Origin: Eledone cirrhosa
Taxonomy: Eukaryota
Assembly: GCA_964016885.1 (NCBI GenBank)
Contig: OZ024743.1
Location: 157,480,001 to 157,544,000, forward strand
Reading direction: 5' to 3'
Length of the DNA stretch: 64,000 bases
Shown here: one piece after another, positions 52,322-64,000 of the stretch
Layout: each line of letters begins with the position of its first letter
How positions within the stretch are numbered: the stretch's first letter is position 1
Made by a program: the position numbers and the translations under genes
Notes under the pieces: generated by a model
The model's database searches: none
Told to the model about the DNA's origin: nothing
The model's input: only the letters and a program-made list of their open reading frames with translations

Positions 52322-55300
52322 CATTATTATTATTATTACAGTTGCATTTATCTTGCTTTACGTTCATACGAGTTATCACCAAGTCACAACCAGTGACCTC
52401 AAGAGACAACAAGGTCCGCCATGTTCAAGAAAGAACATACATACTCACACATGCATCTTTAGTGTTTAGACTTGTGATGTACTTATATTGACAGAATCTT
52501 CCTTAGTATATGGGCAGTTCCCATTAGTACTATCTTTTGTATTTCTCCTATACGCGGGTTTCCTGGGATTTGCGATAAGTAATCATTAGACCCCTTAGGT
52601 ATCATTCCCAGAGCGCCTACAACCACTGGTATTGTTTTAGTTCTCAATTTCCACATTTTTCCAATTTCTATCTCCAGGTCCTTATACTTGCTCAATTTTT
52701 CAAATGTTTTTATAGATACATTCTTGTCTATTGGAACAGACATATCAATTAGCAGGCATACCCTCTTTTTAAAGTCATTTAATATTATATCAGGTCTATT
52801 TGCATCTATTTTTCGGTCTGTTTGGATGCTAAAGTTCCACAAGATTGAGATGTGATCTTTTTAAAGTATGGGAGGTGGTTGATGCTCCCACCAATTCTTG
52901 TGATGGGGCAGGTCAAAATGCTTACACATTATCCAATGTATGTATTGTGCAGCTCTGTCATGCCTGTTTAGGTATTTGGTTGGAGCTATAGGACTGCACA
53001 TTGAAATTATATGGTCAATGGTATCTGGTTGTTTTTTACATACACGGCATAATGGGTTGCATCCATTTTTTATTATGTTGGCTTGGTAATTTTTTGTTGG
53101 CAGACACTGATCTTGTGCTGATATAATCAGTCCTTCAGTCTCCGATTTCAGTCCAGAGGATGCCAACCACTGATGGGTTAAAGTGTTGTCAACATCAGGA
53201 TTGTTAGCTCGCTCTGGGTATTTTCCATACAGAGGCTTTTCTTGCCATTTCTTAGCCAGTTTCTGTAGCAGTTCTTTCTTTGCTGTTACTTTTACCTGCT
53301 TTGCTTTTTCTGTGTTTTCCATTTCAGCAGTAAATGGGACTTCTGAAATTTGTAGTCCATTACTGTATCTTTGTGCATCTGTTGTAATGGAATATGATCT
53401 TTTGATGCTTTCGTGTTTCAAAACGAGTTTGATCATCCAATCATGTGATTCCCTTAGATATGTAGATAATCCAATTGTTGCAGTTTTCAACGCAATGTCT
53501 AACTGGATTAACCCACGTCCTCCTTCTTTCCTAGGGAGATATATTCTATCTATATCTGCCTTAGGGTGATGCATTCTGTGCATGGTTAAGAATTTTCGAA
53601 TTTTTGTATCGAGCCTACGGATCTCTGTGCTTGACCAGTTGATGACATTGTAACTGTAGGTTACTACTGGTATGGCAAGCGTGTTTATGGCATCGATCCT
53701 ATTCCTTGCATTCAATTCCGTACTTAAGATTGCTCTTACTCTGCGGTAACATTCCTTCCTTATCCTTTCCCTCATTGTCGAGTGCTTGATTCCGTCTCCT
53801 TCACAAACACCTAGATATTTGTAAGTTTTTTCTTGATCAAGTTCTCTTATCACGTTCCCCCGATCAAGATTAATGTCTGAACTCTTCAGCAGCTTTCCTC
53901 TGGTGAACGTTGCTTTGGCGCATTTATCTAGTCCAAACTCCATTTTAATGTCATCACTGAACTGCTCCACAGTGGATAATAGCCCTTGCAATTGTTTATA
54001 ATTTTTTGCAAATAGTTTCAGGTCATCCATGTAGAACAGGTGATTAATGGTTTTGTCATAGACTTTATATCCATGTTTTGTTTCATTGAGCATTTTACTT
54101 AATGGTATAAGTGCGATGCAGAATAAAAGCGGTGATAAAGAGTCACCCTGAAAAATTCCACAATTAATATTAACTTTTCCAGCTTCCAGTGATTTTGTTT
54201 CACTATTCAAAAGGAGTGTCGTTTTCCATGTCTTCATACTGAATGACAAAAACCTCCTGACAACGGGGGATATTTTGAAAATCTCTAAACATTTTTCAAT
54301 CCAACTGTGTGGCAAACTATCGAATGCTTTTTTATAATCTATCCAAGCAATCGATAGATTTTTGTGTCTATTATGACAATCTTCCAGTATCATTTTGTTA
54401 ACCAGAAACTGATCCTTTCAGCCATATGAGCCTCGTTTACACCCTTTCTGCTCAATGGGAAATAGGTCATTTGTTATCAGGTGGTCATATGTGTATTCAG
54501 TTAGGACTGATGTTAAAATTTTATACATTGTGGTCAAGCAAGTTATCGGTCTGTAATTTTTGGGATTGTTTGTCTCATCATTCTTCGGAAGCAGGAATGT
54601 AATGCCGTTAACTAGCCATGATGGTATCTTTTCTGGCTCCTTAACTATTTCATTGTAAAGTTGGGCTAACAGCTCATGAGACTCTGTGTAGGCATTTATC
54701 CAAAAGTTTTGTATTTTGTCTTTTCCTGGGGATTTCCATTTGCTGGTTTTTCTTAGAGCCAAGCGCAACTGTTCAACTGTTATATTTTCCCATATTTGTT
54801 CCTCAAGGTGAGCTGTATCTTTCATTTGTCTGTCTATCCATGGGGCATGTATGTTATGAACTTTTTCTTCGGCCCAGATCTTTTCCCAGAGTTCTTGCAC
54901 TTCCCTCTTGGGTGGTATTGATTTAGCAGTTATTGTTGACTTACCAATTTTTCTGTAGAAGTTTCTTTGGTTGTTTTTGAACATATTATTGTCCTTATAG
55001 AATCTACATCGTTTTTCAAAGCGCCTTATACCAGCAGCTTTGGCCGACTCTTTTTGTTTGATTATTTCTATCAGCATGTCTATGTCACTTGTTGATTTTA
55101 TACTGTACTTTTTTTTCAACTTTCTAAGTTTAGTTTGTTTAACATGTTCACCTACTTTATAGTTTGTTAAAATTTCTATGTCAGATCGAAGAAGGTTTAT
55201 TTGGCGATTGATGTTCTCTTGCCAAGTAGATTTCTTGTGGGAATTCCTTTTTTTTTCATCTTCACTCCACATAAGTGAGTGGTGACTTTAGCCGATGCAT

Positions 55301-56300
55301 AATAGAGATGATTTAAATCAGTAATGTTTAGTTTGTTTCTGATGATAATGTTTTTGAGAATTATGTTAGTCTTGTGTATTATCTTTTGGTTCTGTTTGGA
55401 GTTCTGGATCTTAGGGAGGGTGTCTCGTTGCCCCATGTCAGATTCTTTCATTTTCATCCATTCGATCATAATTTCATCCTTCAAGTTGGCAAGTTCATTC
55501 TCATTCATTTCTTTATCATTTACGATCTCATTATTTTCATTTGGAGTTTCATCCTGAGCATGCACTCCCTCCACTTTTTCGATCCTTTCTTTAATTTGTT
55601 CTGTTGCCAGTGATTCCGCCCCAACCCTGGGATTCGAAGTTTTACAGTTTACCTCGTTTTCACTGACACATGTTTCATTTTCCCTTCGCTGACTTTGTGC
55701 TAATAGCTTCATCTGATCAATTTCTATATCAGTTAGTAACTTTTTCTTACAATATTTCTTCGTATATTGGCTAGTTTGTTACTGTCAATATAGCCTCTGT
55801 TTTCGGGATGTTTCTTTTTCCAGTTGATATATGTCTGTTCTGTATTCGATGTATTTGATGGGTAGTACATGGCAGTGTAGAAAGCCTCAAGGACTTCTTT
55901 ATTATCTTCCCTTGACCATTTTTCTCTCTTTTTCTTTGGATTTCTTGGTGGTGAGCATGGAGGGCCAACAGTAGGAGTATTCCGGTTATGGTAGGTCTCC
56001 AGCTCCGAAGTGATGGGAAGGTTTGAACCCTTAGCTGATTTTTCGACCCCAGTCTGGTTCCTCTCTGAGGGACGCGGCCCTTTTTTACCCGGGTGACGGC
56101 CGATCCGGTATGAGATTTTATAATTAGACATTTACTTTATTTTGTCGCGTTTTATCCTTATCCGCCAAGGGGTAATCATTTCGTGTTACCACTTCTAGAA
56201 CGAGTGTCAACCAAGACTAGAAGGGTCGTTCTCTCCTAGAGACACGGCTATTCCCCGCCGGCCGCCATCGCGGTATTTCTTGGTAACGGGGTTTTCTTTT
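52322..56300 (-). mobile_element. Near full-length R4/Dong-type RLE LINE
   Basis: Single ORF 56131-52483 broken by 2 frameshifts and 2 stops; RT (YRPITCL, GIFQGDSLSP, YMDD), CCHC (CRVC..H..C), PD..D endonuclease; (TAA)n tail. Confidence 0.93.
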
Positions 56301-57285
56301 TGTTGTTTTTTTTTAAATTGCTATTATCATGAGTGGTTCCTTAATGTGAGCGTTGCCTGGCTTAAGAATGAAATTATTAATAATTGTCTCCACTCCAGGC
56401 ACAAGGCCAGCAATCACCCAGTGCATTACAATAATATAATATACTTTTTGCTGAAGTTGCCTGTTATTGTTGTTGGCTATGTCGGTGGTGGTGCCGGGGC
56501 TTTTTATATTGTTGGTGAGGAAGGGGTGAGCCAGCAGTCCCATAGTTATTGATGTTGACGTTTGGCCGGTGGCCAGGTCACTAAGTCAATCTATTTATAT
56601 CTTTTGCTAGCCTCTCCCTTGTCTAGTGATACCGCCACCTTCCCCTTTCTCTCTCAAGTTAACAGGGGAATAGTGGTGGTAGCAATGAAGGAATGAAGGA
56701 TTGGTGGCGGCGGTGATGGGATAGTGGTAGCAATGATGGATGGGGTGGTGGCGGCGGTGGCATTGTCATTACTGAGTTTTGTGATGTAGTATCTATGAGT
56801 TTGTGTTCGTATGTTTAATATATATTGTGTTGACATATTCCCGTAAAATTGGGATCAAACATTTTGTTAAAACTTGAGACAATAATAATAGTAATTATTA
56901 TTAGGATGCTGGGATTGATGGTGGTGGTGGTGAAATTGCCGTTATCTGGCTGTTATATTTAGTGTGATGGGATAGGTGGTGTATCAAGTTTCTGGTGTTG
57001 GTGAAATTGCTGTTATTTGGCTGTTCTATATAGTTTAGACAGAGGGTGTTTTCTTCCATTTATAGCTATTTTCTTTTTTTGAATACAAAATATATAATAC
57101 AAAATTGAATATTTGAGCGATATAACAATATAATATGGATCCTAAATTTTATGGGACTTCATTCGGTGGTTTATGCAACTTTTGTACTAAGAATTGTTAT
57201 TTCACAATTGATTTAAATATGTTAAAAATCAAAAACTTACAGGATAGATTTCATGACCTTCTACCACCTCGTGCGTCTTCTTCCC

Positions 57286-57337
<52 letters not shown>

Positions 57338-57349
57338 CATTTTTATTTT

Positions 57350-57720
57350 CTTTCATTATTGTTTCGGAGATATATGCCGAGTGTCTTCTTGACACCTAGG
57401 GCAAATAAATTCAGTGTGCATTGGTAAGCCAGTTAATACAGCCCATTGGTTATAATAAAAAAAAAAAAAAAACAGTATCATATATACACATGACACATAT
57501 GCATATGTATATACAAGGAGGGATATCAATCCTACAGAGATAGTGCTATTCTCAATACGTGTGCAGTACCAGTCAAAACAATATTTTGCACCTCGTGCAG
57601 AGAGGTTAAACAAGGAATCATTCGCAAATATTGTTCTGTTCCTTTCTTGATCATTCCCAGTCCTCCCACAATCACTGGTATTGTAACGGCCTTGAGACGC
57701 CACATTTTCTCAATTTCAAT
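57350..57720 (-). mobile_element. RLE LINE 3' fragment with (TAA)n tail
   Basis: IEIEKMW...IPVIVGGLG...GTAHVLR. Confidence 0.75.
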
Positions 57721-57729
57721 AAGCAGATT

Positions 57730-58232
57730 ATTATGTGGGTTTATATCGAACACCTGCTGTCGCATGTAGGACGGATCCGGCTATCAGCTGTGTCTATCGT
57801 GAGGATTGCTCCGCCGTCTTCCTTTAGCCAGATAAAATCTGGCTGGTGGCCATGTCGAAAGAAATCGTGAGGTGTACGCCTTTGAAAGGGCTAAAGACGA
57901 GCACTACCACTTCGGCAATGCCCTTTTTCAAATTTGAGAGAGGCAAGCATGGCTCGAATGAATGGGTCTACTCTGAGTATGCGCCTGTAAATTGAAGGTG
58001 AAATCTGGGAGAGGGCACTTGCCCTGCTGGTCAGTGTCACCATGGCTTTTTTAATGGGATTTTTCCACGAGTGTCCCTAGCATTCGCCCCCCTATTGGGA
58101 ATTTTCCTTTGTTTCTTTTTTTTTTTGTCATTTCCTTTGTTTTTGCTTTACACGCAGAATTGTCGATTTGTACCGCCCTGTGCTGTCTTTAATGTTATAC
58201 TTTATGTCAACCATAGCGGTTAATAACGAAAA
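57730..58232 (+). mobile_element. Tx1 3' fragment
   Basis: ORF2 tail and conserved 3' UTR ending in (TTA)n. Confidence 0.8.
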
Positions 58233-58267
<35 letters not shown>

Positions 58268-58269
<2 letters not shown>

Positions 58270-58650
58270 ATTGTTTCTACTTTAGGCACAAGGCCAGCAA
58301 TTACCAGTGCATTACTGGTACTTTATTTTATCGACCCCGTAAGGATGAAAGGCAAAGTCAACCTCGGCGGGATTTGAACTCAGATGGTAAAGGGACGTAA
58401 CTACGCTGGAAAGCATGGCGTCCGACCCTCTACCGATACTGCCAATCCACCGATAATGGCGGTGGATTAGCAGTATCGGTAGAGGGTCGGACACCATGCT
58501 TTGACACATAGACTTACGGCCCTTGCCATTCTGAGTTCAAATCCCGCCGAGGTTAACTCTGCCTTTCATCCTTACGGGGTCGATAAAATAAAGTACCAGT
58601 AATGCACTGATATAATTGCTGGCCTTGTGCCGAAAAGTAGAAAATTATTA
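58268..58650. mobile_element. Head-to-head SINE pair (58268-58452 -, 58457-58650 +)
   Basis: Two full copies of the octopus-type SINE, divergently oriented. Confidence 0.9.
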
Positions 58651-58830
58651 TTTGGCTCTCGGAAGTCTCCCCCCTGTTGGGGAATTTTTCATTGTTCTTT
58701 TCTTTGTTACATCCTCTGTTTTTTTGTTTTTTTTTTTTACACACTGAAATGCTCATTTGTACCGTCCTGTATTGTCCTGTGCTTTCCTTAATGTCTACTT
58801 TGTGTAAACCCTTGTGGTTAATAAAGAAAG

Positions 58831-61800
58831 CATGACTATCGTGCTGACTCTTTCGAGGCGTGTTTAACTTCCACGGAGTAAGTCAATTGATTTTTATGTG
58901 TCATTGAAACTTTCATACAGAACCTTATACATTGTGGTGTAGCTAATGAGCCCCTCTTTCAGAGGAGTTGTTTTATTTAACTGTATCTGTCACCCTTAAA
59001 TGGCTAAAATGATGTTAATATTCAATCACACCACTCAATGTTTAAAAAAAATGGTGGGCGGGAAAAGTTGTCCACAGGGAAGAACAGCGGGTTGTTCAGA
59101 AAATGGAACAGCTGCGCTCGTCCAATCAAACGGCAGAACCAACAACAGAATCAGCAGCAGCAGTGGCAGTAGCAGCTGTAACAGCAGCGGCCGCTACATT
59201 CACAGTAGCAGCAGCAATAACGACTTTCAAATTACCAGCAGTAAGAGCAAATGCAGCGACCAAAATTTCTCACGTGAAAACAAAGCGGACCTTCCAGCTC
59301 TGCCAATGTTTACCACACCGAATACCACCACCCCCACCACAACTATGTTAGGCGCGACCAAGACCACATACATCACCACCAGCACCCCCACAACAGAAAC
59401 GAAAACAAAATGTACACACAGGACAGCGACAAAATAAAGGATAACATGTCAACAATAACAATAAGACCACCACCACCAACAACAGCAGCAGAAATGATGA
59501 GTCCCCACAGCAAAGAGGTGCAGCCCAAGCTACATTATTGGCGAAGGCTGCCAAAAATGTTGAAGGTGTACATGTCAGTGCCACGGAGATGAGGCAGGCT
59601 AAGGTGTTGGTACAAAAAGCCCCACACAGAGTAAGTTTCACCAACCCATCCGAAGTCATAAAACACCGACGTTTACAGTCTCCTACCATATACAGTCTCC
59701 TACCATATACAGTCTCCTACCGTACATTTAGACAGAAATCATGCAGGGTGGAACGGGCGACCGAGTCGCAGGTTCAAAGGATTATGGGTGTCGACTGTGC
59801 ACAGAAGACCTACATAGCCCGAGGATCAAAGTATGGTACAGTGGATGTTCCCTTCGCTACACTCGAAGAAGCCAGATGACACTCCATTATGCCACTCCGC
59901 AGTGACGAAATAGTGATGGTGCCCACATACTGCAGCCAGAGAGACGCGAGGGTCCGAGTGATCCAAGTTCCACCCTCAATGGAGATAGCTTGGCTGATGG
60001 CGACCGTCCTCGCTGACGTCGAGGAGACAACAACAATCCTAGACGTAATGCATATAAGACAGGAAAACTGGTCAGGATCGGGGACGGAGCTAATTATCCT
60101 AACAGTTCACGAAAGCATGGAGGCCATCGCCGATGCGATCGACCTGGACGACGGCTGCCATCTACACGTGACTGACGAAGGCAGGCGCCCAAGGTGTCAC
60201 GGGTGCGGAGACAAAACGCACCTTATGGCCATCTGCCCTAAACACACCAAGGCAGGCAGGCGCTTCCCCCTTCTCCCTACGGCGTGCCCGTGACTGGAGT
60301 GGCCAAACCACCCGAGACCGCAGTGGCAGAGAAACTACCAACACCAACGACAAAAACACGATCTTTTCCATCACCAACAGCGCCAACAAAACCAATGGAG
60401 AGCATGCCCCTTCCCGATATCGCTAAATCGGACAGGGAGTGTGATGACGCTGAAGGGGGAGGGGGGACATCGCAGCGAAAAAAACCCCAGAAACTACTCC
60501 CTTCCTTTGTCCTCAACATAAAAGAGAAAGAAAAAAACGAAAAAATGAAAACATCAACAACCCCACTGCCATCACCATCAACAGCCACACCCTCCACAAC
60601 CGCCTACACTATCACCACCACCACCACCGCCAAAATTATCATCTATCACATCGTCACCTCCAGCAACACCACACCAAACACAGAAAGCACCAACATCCCA
60701 AAAGCAAACACAATACACAGCTATAGACACAGACAACTCAACGCTTTTAAATTACATTCAACACCACTCCAACATCAGAGAAACTAATTACATACAAACC
60801 ACCAAAATAGCACCTCCCCCACATATAAAAATAATTGAAATCTCTCAAAAGAATTACGCATTAAAGAAAAAGTTGGAGACTATCAAGTGTACCTCACTAA
60901 AGGGATCAATTCTGACATTCTCGTGGAGAAATCCACCACTGGTCGGAGGGATTGAACACCCACCTCCCTCTTAAAAAAAAGTCAAAGGTAAAGTTTTTTT
61001 ACTTGTTTTCCCTTGCTCTCCTCCTATTTTAGCCAACATGGCTTCTCTCAGGATAGGCAGAGACCTGGAAGCAGGGTCACCTGCTCAACGATCTCATGTC
61101 CCTAAACATAAATGGCCATCAAGCGGATCAGAATCTCCGAGGCACGGATTTTCGGCTACGAGGTCTACATATCGCCAAGCCATCCCGGATCTGGAGGAGA
61201 AGTGGCTGTGTTCCGGAGAAGTCTGGATCTCGAGATACGGACCGTCTTCCCTGGACCCAGAAGGTAAGTTGGTGGTGCTGGGCGTGACCAGCGAAGAAAG
61301 GCAAAATTTCAAGTTAGTGTTAGTGGGCGACTGGAACAGGATCTTAGATGCACGCTGGGACTGTGTGGGAATAGGGGATAGGGGAGGAGGGGGTAAAAGC
61401 CTCGCACACCTGCTCAGAAATGTTCAACTCTCTGACAGGTACCGTCTGGATTTCCCAAACGTGCCAATGGGGACATGGACAAACCACATTGGTTCATCCA
61501 ATTTGCTCACCTGTTCGGAGGTAGTGGCGTGCCACGTCGTGGAATGGACTTTAGTGCCTACCTCGACGAACAACCGCGGCTCTCGGCCACTGAGGCGTAG
61601 TGTTGCGAAAAGCCGATAAAAGATGCTGAAGTACGGCAAGCAATGACTGGTTGCACAATGGATAAATCGCCTGATTTGGTTGGTCTGCCCTACGAACTTT
61701 ACGTACATATGCCAGACTTGTTCGGTGATCATTTGGCAGACGTCTACTGCAACTAGCAGCAAAACGGGAGAATTCCAGTTTTGTGAGCCGGGGAGCGGTG

Positions 61801-63812
61801 GCACTGCTGAGAAAAGACCCTAACAAGGGGGATAACATAGATAATTTCAGGTCCATAACTCTGCTAAACACAGAGTTCAAGATTTTGGCTAAGGTGCTAG
61901 CAAATAGGTTGGCGCTTGTCGTTTGTGGTCTGGTGGGAGAGGCGCAGACAGATCCATCCACGACAACCTCCACCTCAAGCGATACATCGTGTTGCGGGTA
62001 ACTAGGGTACCTGGCATGGGTGGGTCCTTGATCAATTTAGATGAGCCGAAAGCTTTCGATAGGGACGACCATCATTATCTGGCGGCAGACCTGAGGGCAG
62101 TTGGCTTCGGTACTGTCTTCAGAGACTGGATTGGCCGTGCACAGCGGCATGTGCTCTGTGGTGAGAGTGAACGGTCACCTTTCGGAACTGTTCAACATCA
62201 TGCGCTCGGGCCGCCAAGGATGACCACTCTCGTCCCTGGTGTACCTATTGAATCTCGAGCCATTACTCCACAGACTGGAGACGTTGAGTGGGGTCCCGCA
62301 CGAACTGGGATGCGGAAGAACTGTGTCAGCATACGCAGACGACGTCACCGTAGTGGTGTCGAACGCCAAAGACATCGAGGCGATCGGCACCACACTAAGA
62401 GAATACTAAGCGATGCCTGTGTCTCGGCACCTGGAGAGGCAGGCCCATGGGTCCAATATCGGTTAAATAGCTAAGGGTCTGGTTCGGTCCGGACCTCCAG
62501 GCGGACAAAAACTGGGACGAGGTGACGAACAGGGTGGCCTCTCTCACCCAGAAATGGGCCGAGATTAACCTATCCCTGACAGGTCGAGTGGAAGTGGGGA
62601 ACGCGTACATAGCGTCCGTCGTCTATTACCACCTGACCGTCGTGCCTTGTTCTAAGCCTCGCCTGGCTGTGCTGGAGCGTTTGCTCTTTCGCTTTTTGTG
62701 GAAGGGATGTCTCCAATGGTCAGACGTTCATCTGCTGTCAACACCCGATACGCGGAGGGCTGGGCATGCTATGTCTAATGATGCGCAGACATTCGCTCAG
62801 GCTGCGGCATCTCCACCACTTCCGCGACGGTGATCAGGTGTGGTCGCGGTTTGCTAGACGCGAGTTTCCCCAGCTTGTCTCCTTGACGGAACTGCAATTC
62901 TGGATCAGGAGAGGACCGAGAGGAAGCGCTTGGTGACTGCAATGTCTGCAGGTGCTTACAACCCTCGACCAGTCGGGCAATAAGATCAGTGGAAACTGCA
63001 ACATGGCGTTCTATAGAGGGTTAGTGGGGGGGAAAGAGTGACGACGTTGTTGGGGAAAATCTGGGCGCCGACGAAAACCAACTAGCCAATCTCTTCGGGA
63101 GAATTTTCGGGCCTGGACCTATGGGCAACATCCAGAAATCCCTGGCCTGGCAGTGCTACCGAGGACCCTTGCCCGTTGGCGATAAACTCTACAGGCATGG
63201 AAGTGCCGTCAGCCGAGCCGGTCCGAGATGCGTGCAGGGCAATGAAACCGTCCTGCACGCACTCATCCAGTGTCCGAGCATTGCTGAGTGTGGGTTTATG
63301 TCGAACACGTTTAGCCGGAAGGGCAAGCAGTTTGTATCTGCTTGGTGGCCATGGTAAAAGAGATCGTATGGTGGACACGTCTGAAAGCGTCGAAGACGGG
63401 TACTTCCTTCTTCGGTGACGCCCTCATTAACTTTTTCAGGTTTCACCTGAAAAGGAAAATCAGGGTAGAGGGGAAGTGCTGCCTTCCAGCCAGTTTGTTG
63501 AAAGTTGGGGGAGAGAGGCCAGAATCGCCCGTGTGAATGGACCTACCCTGAGCGTGTGCCTGTAGCATAGTGGGAGGAAAACTGGAAGAGGGCATTTGCC
63601 CTAGCGGTCACGGTAACCGTGGCTGTTTTGTGGGCTTTCTCCACGAGCGTCCCTCGGCAATCTCCCCCCTATTGAGGAAAGGTTCATTGTTTCCTTTTTT
63701 TCTTACAGCCTCTGTTTATTTTGTTGTTTTACACGCAGAAATGCCCATTTGTTTTTTCATGTGATGTCCTTAATGTTAGACTCTGTGTCAATCCTTGTGG
63801 TCAATAAAGAAA
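58831..63812 (+). mobile_element. Second near full-length Tx1 LINE, degenerate
   Basis: ORF1 with CHGCGDKTHLMAIC knuckle; ORF2 with internal deletions (e.g. near 61500); YADD; conserved 3' UTR ending AATAAAGAAA. Preceded by a solo 3' UTR piece at 58650-58830. Confidence 0.88.
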
Positions 63813-63816
63813 CATC

Positions 63817-64000
63817 AACCTCGGCGGACTAGTGGAGGAGAGGGCGACGACGTTCTCGGAGAGATCCTGGGCGTCGAAGAAAATCAGCTTTTTGCTCTCT
63901 CCGGAGAACTTTCAGCCCAGGACCTATGGATAACTTCCAGAAATCCATGGCCCGGCAGTGCTACCGGGCAGCTTTGCCGGTTCGCGATAAGCTCTACAGG
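63817..64000 (+). mobile_element. Further Tx1 ORF2 fragment running off the window
   Basis: Homologous to 44740-44915. Confidence 0.8.

Noticed and set aside
54418-54420. In-frame TGA at a likely Cys position (GSYG*KDQ) as selenocysteine
   Set aside because: The element also has a TAA stop and frameshifts, so a TGY->TGA nonsense mutation is simpler; no SECIS recognised.
56135-56300. HDV-like ribozyme in the Dong 5' UTR
   Set aside because: Stems exist (GTTACCA/TGGTAAC, CTTCTAG/CTAGAAG), but I could not fit the nested double pseudoknot by eye; a motif search would be needed.

Overview
AT-rich, microsatellite-dense eukaryotic DNA. The SINE families and repeat landscape suggest an octopod cephalopod (inference). 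The only host gene I can support is three spliced minus-strand exons (6653-6603, 5397-5292, 3704-3001). They encode a probably secreted protein with a small 4-Cys module, a BPTI/Kunitz domain and a long basic tail; its first exon was not found. The rest is mostly transposon-derived: Tx1/L1-clade LINEs (two near full length), R4/Dong-type RLE LINEs, an RTE LINE, tRNA-derived SINEs, Helitron tandems, mariner/Tc1 remnants and Penelope-like element (PLE) RT and GIY-YIG fragments. The most interesting signal is a dispersed set of non-coding, (TA)n-embedded mini-elements carrying type-I hammerhead ribozymes with palindromic stem III. Most share a TTGAGYAC-like motif about 40-60 nt from the 3' end. 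They occur as a monomer (3.9 kb), a greater-than-unit-length ~1 kb element with a branched-stem-II ribozyme (14-15 kb), twin-ribozyme palindromes (32 kb, 35 kb) and half-ribozyme hairpins (20.7 kb, 51.3 kb). All calls were made by eye; TE boundaries are approximate unless a TSD or terminus is cited.
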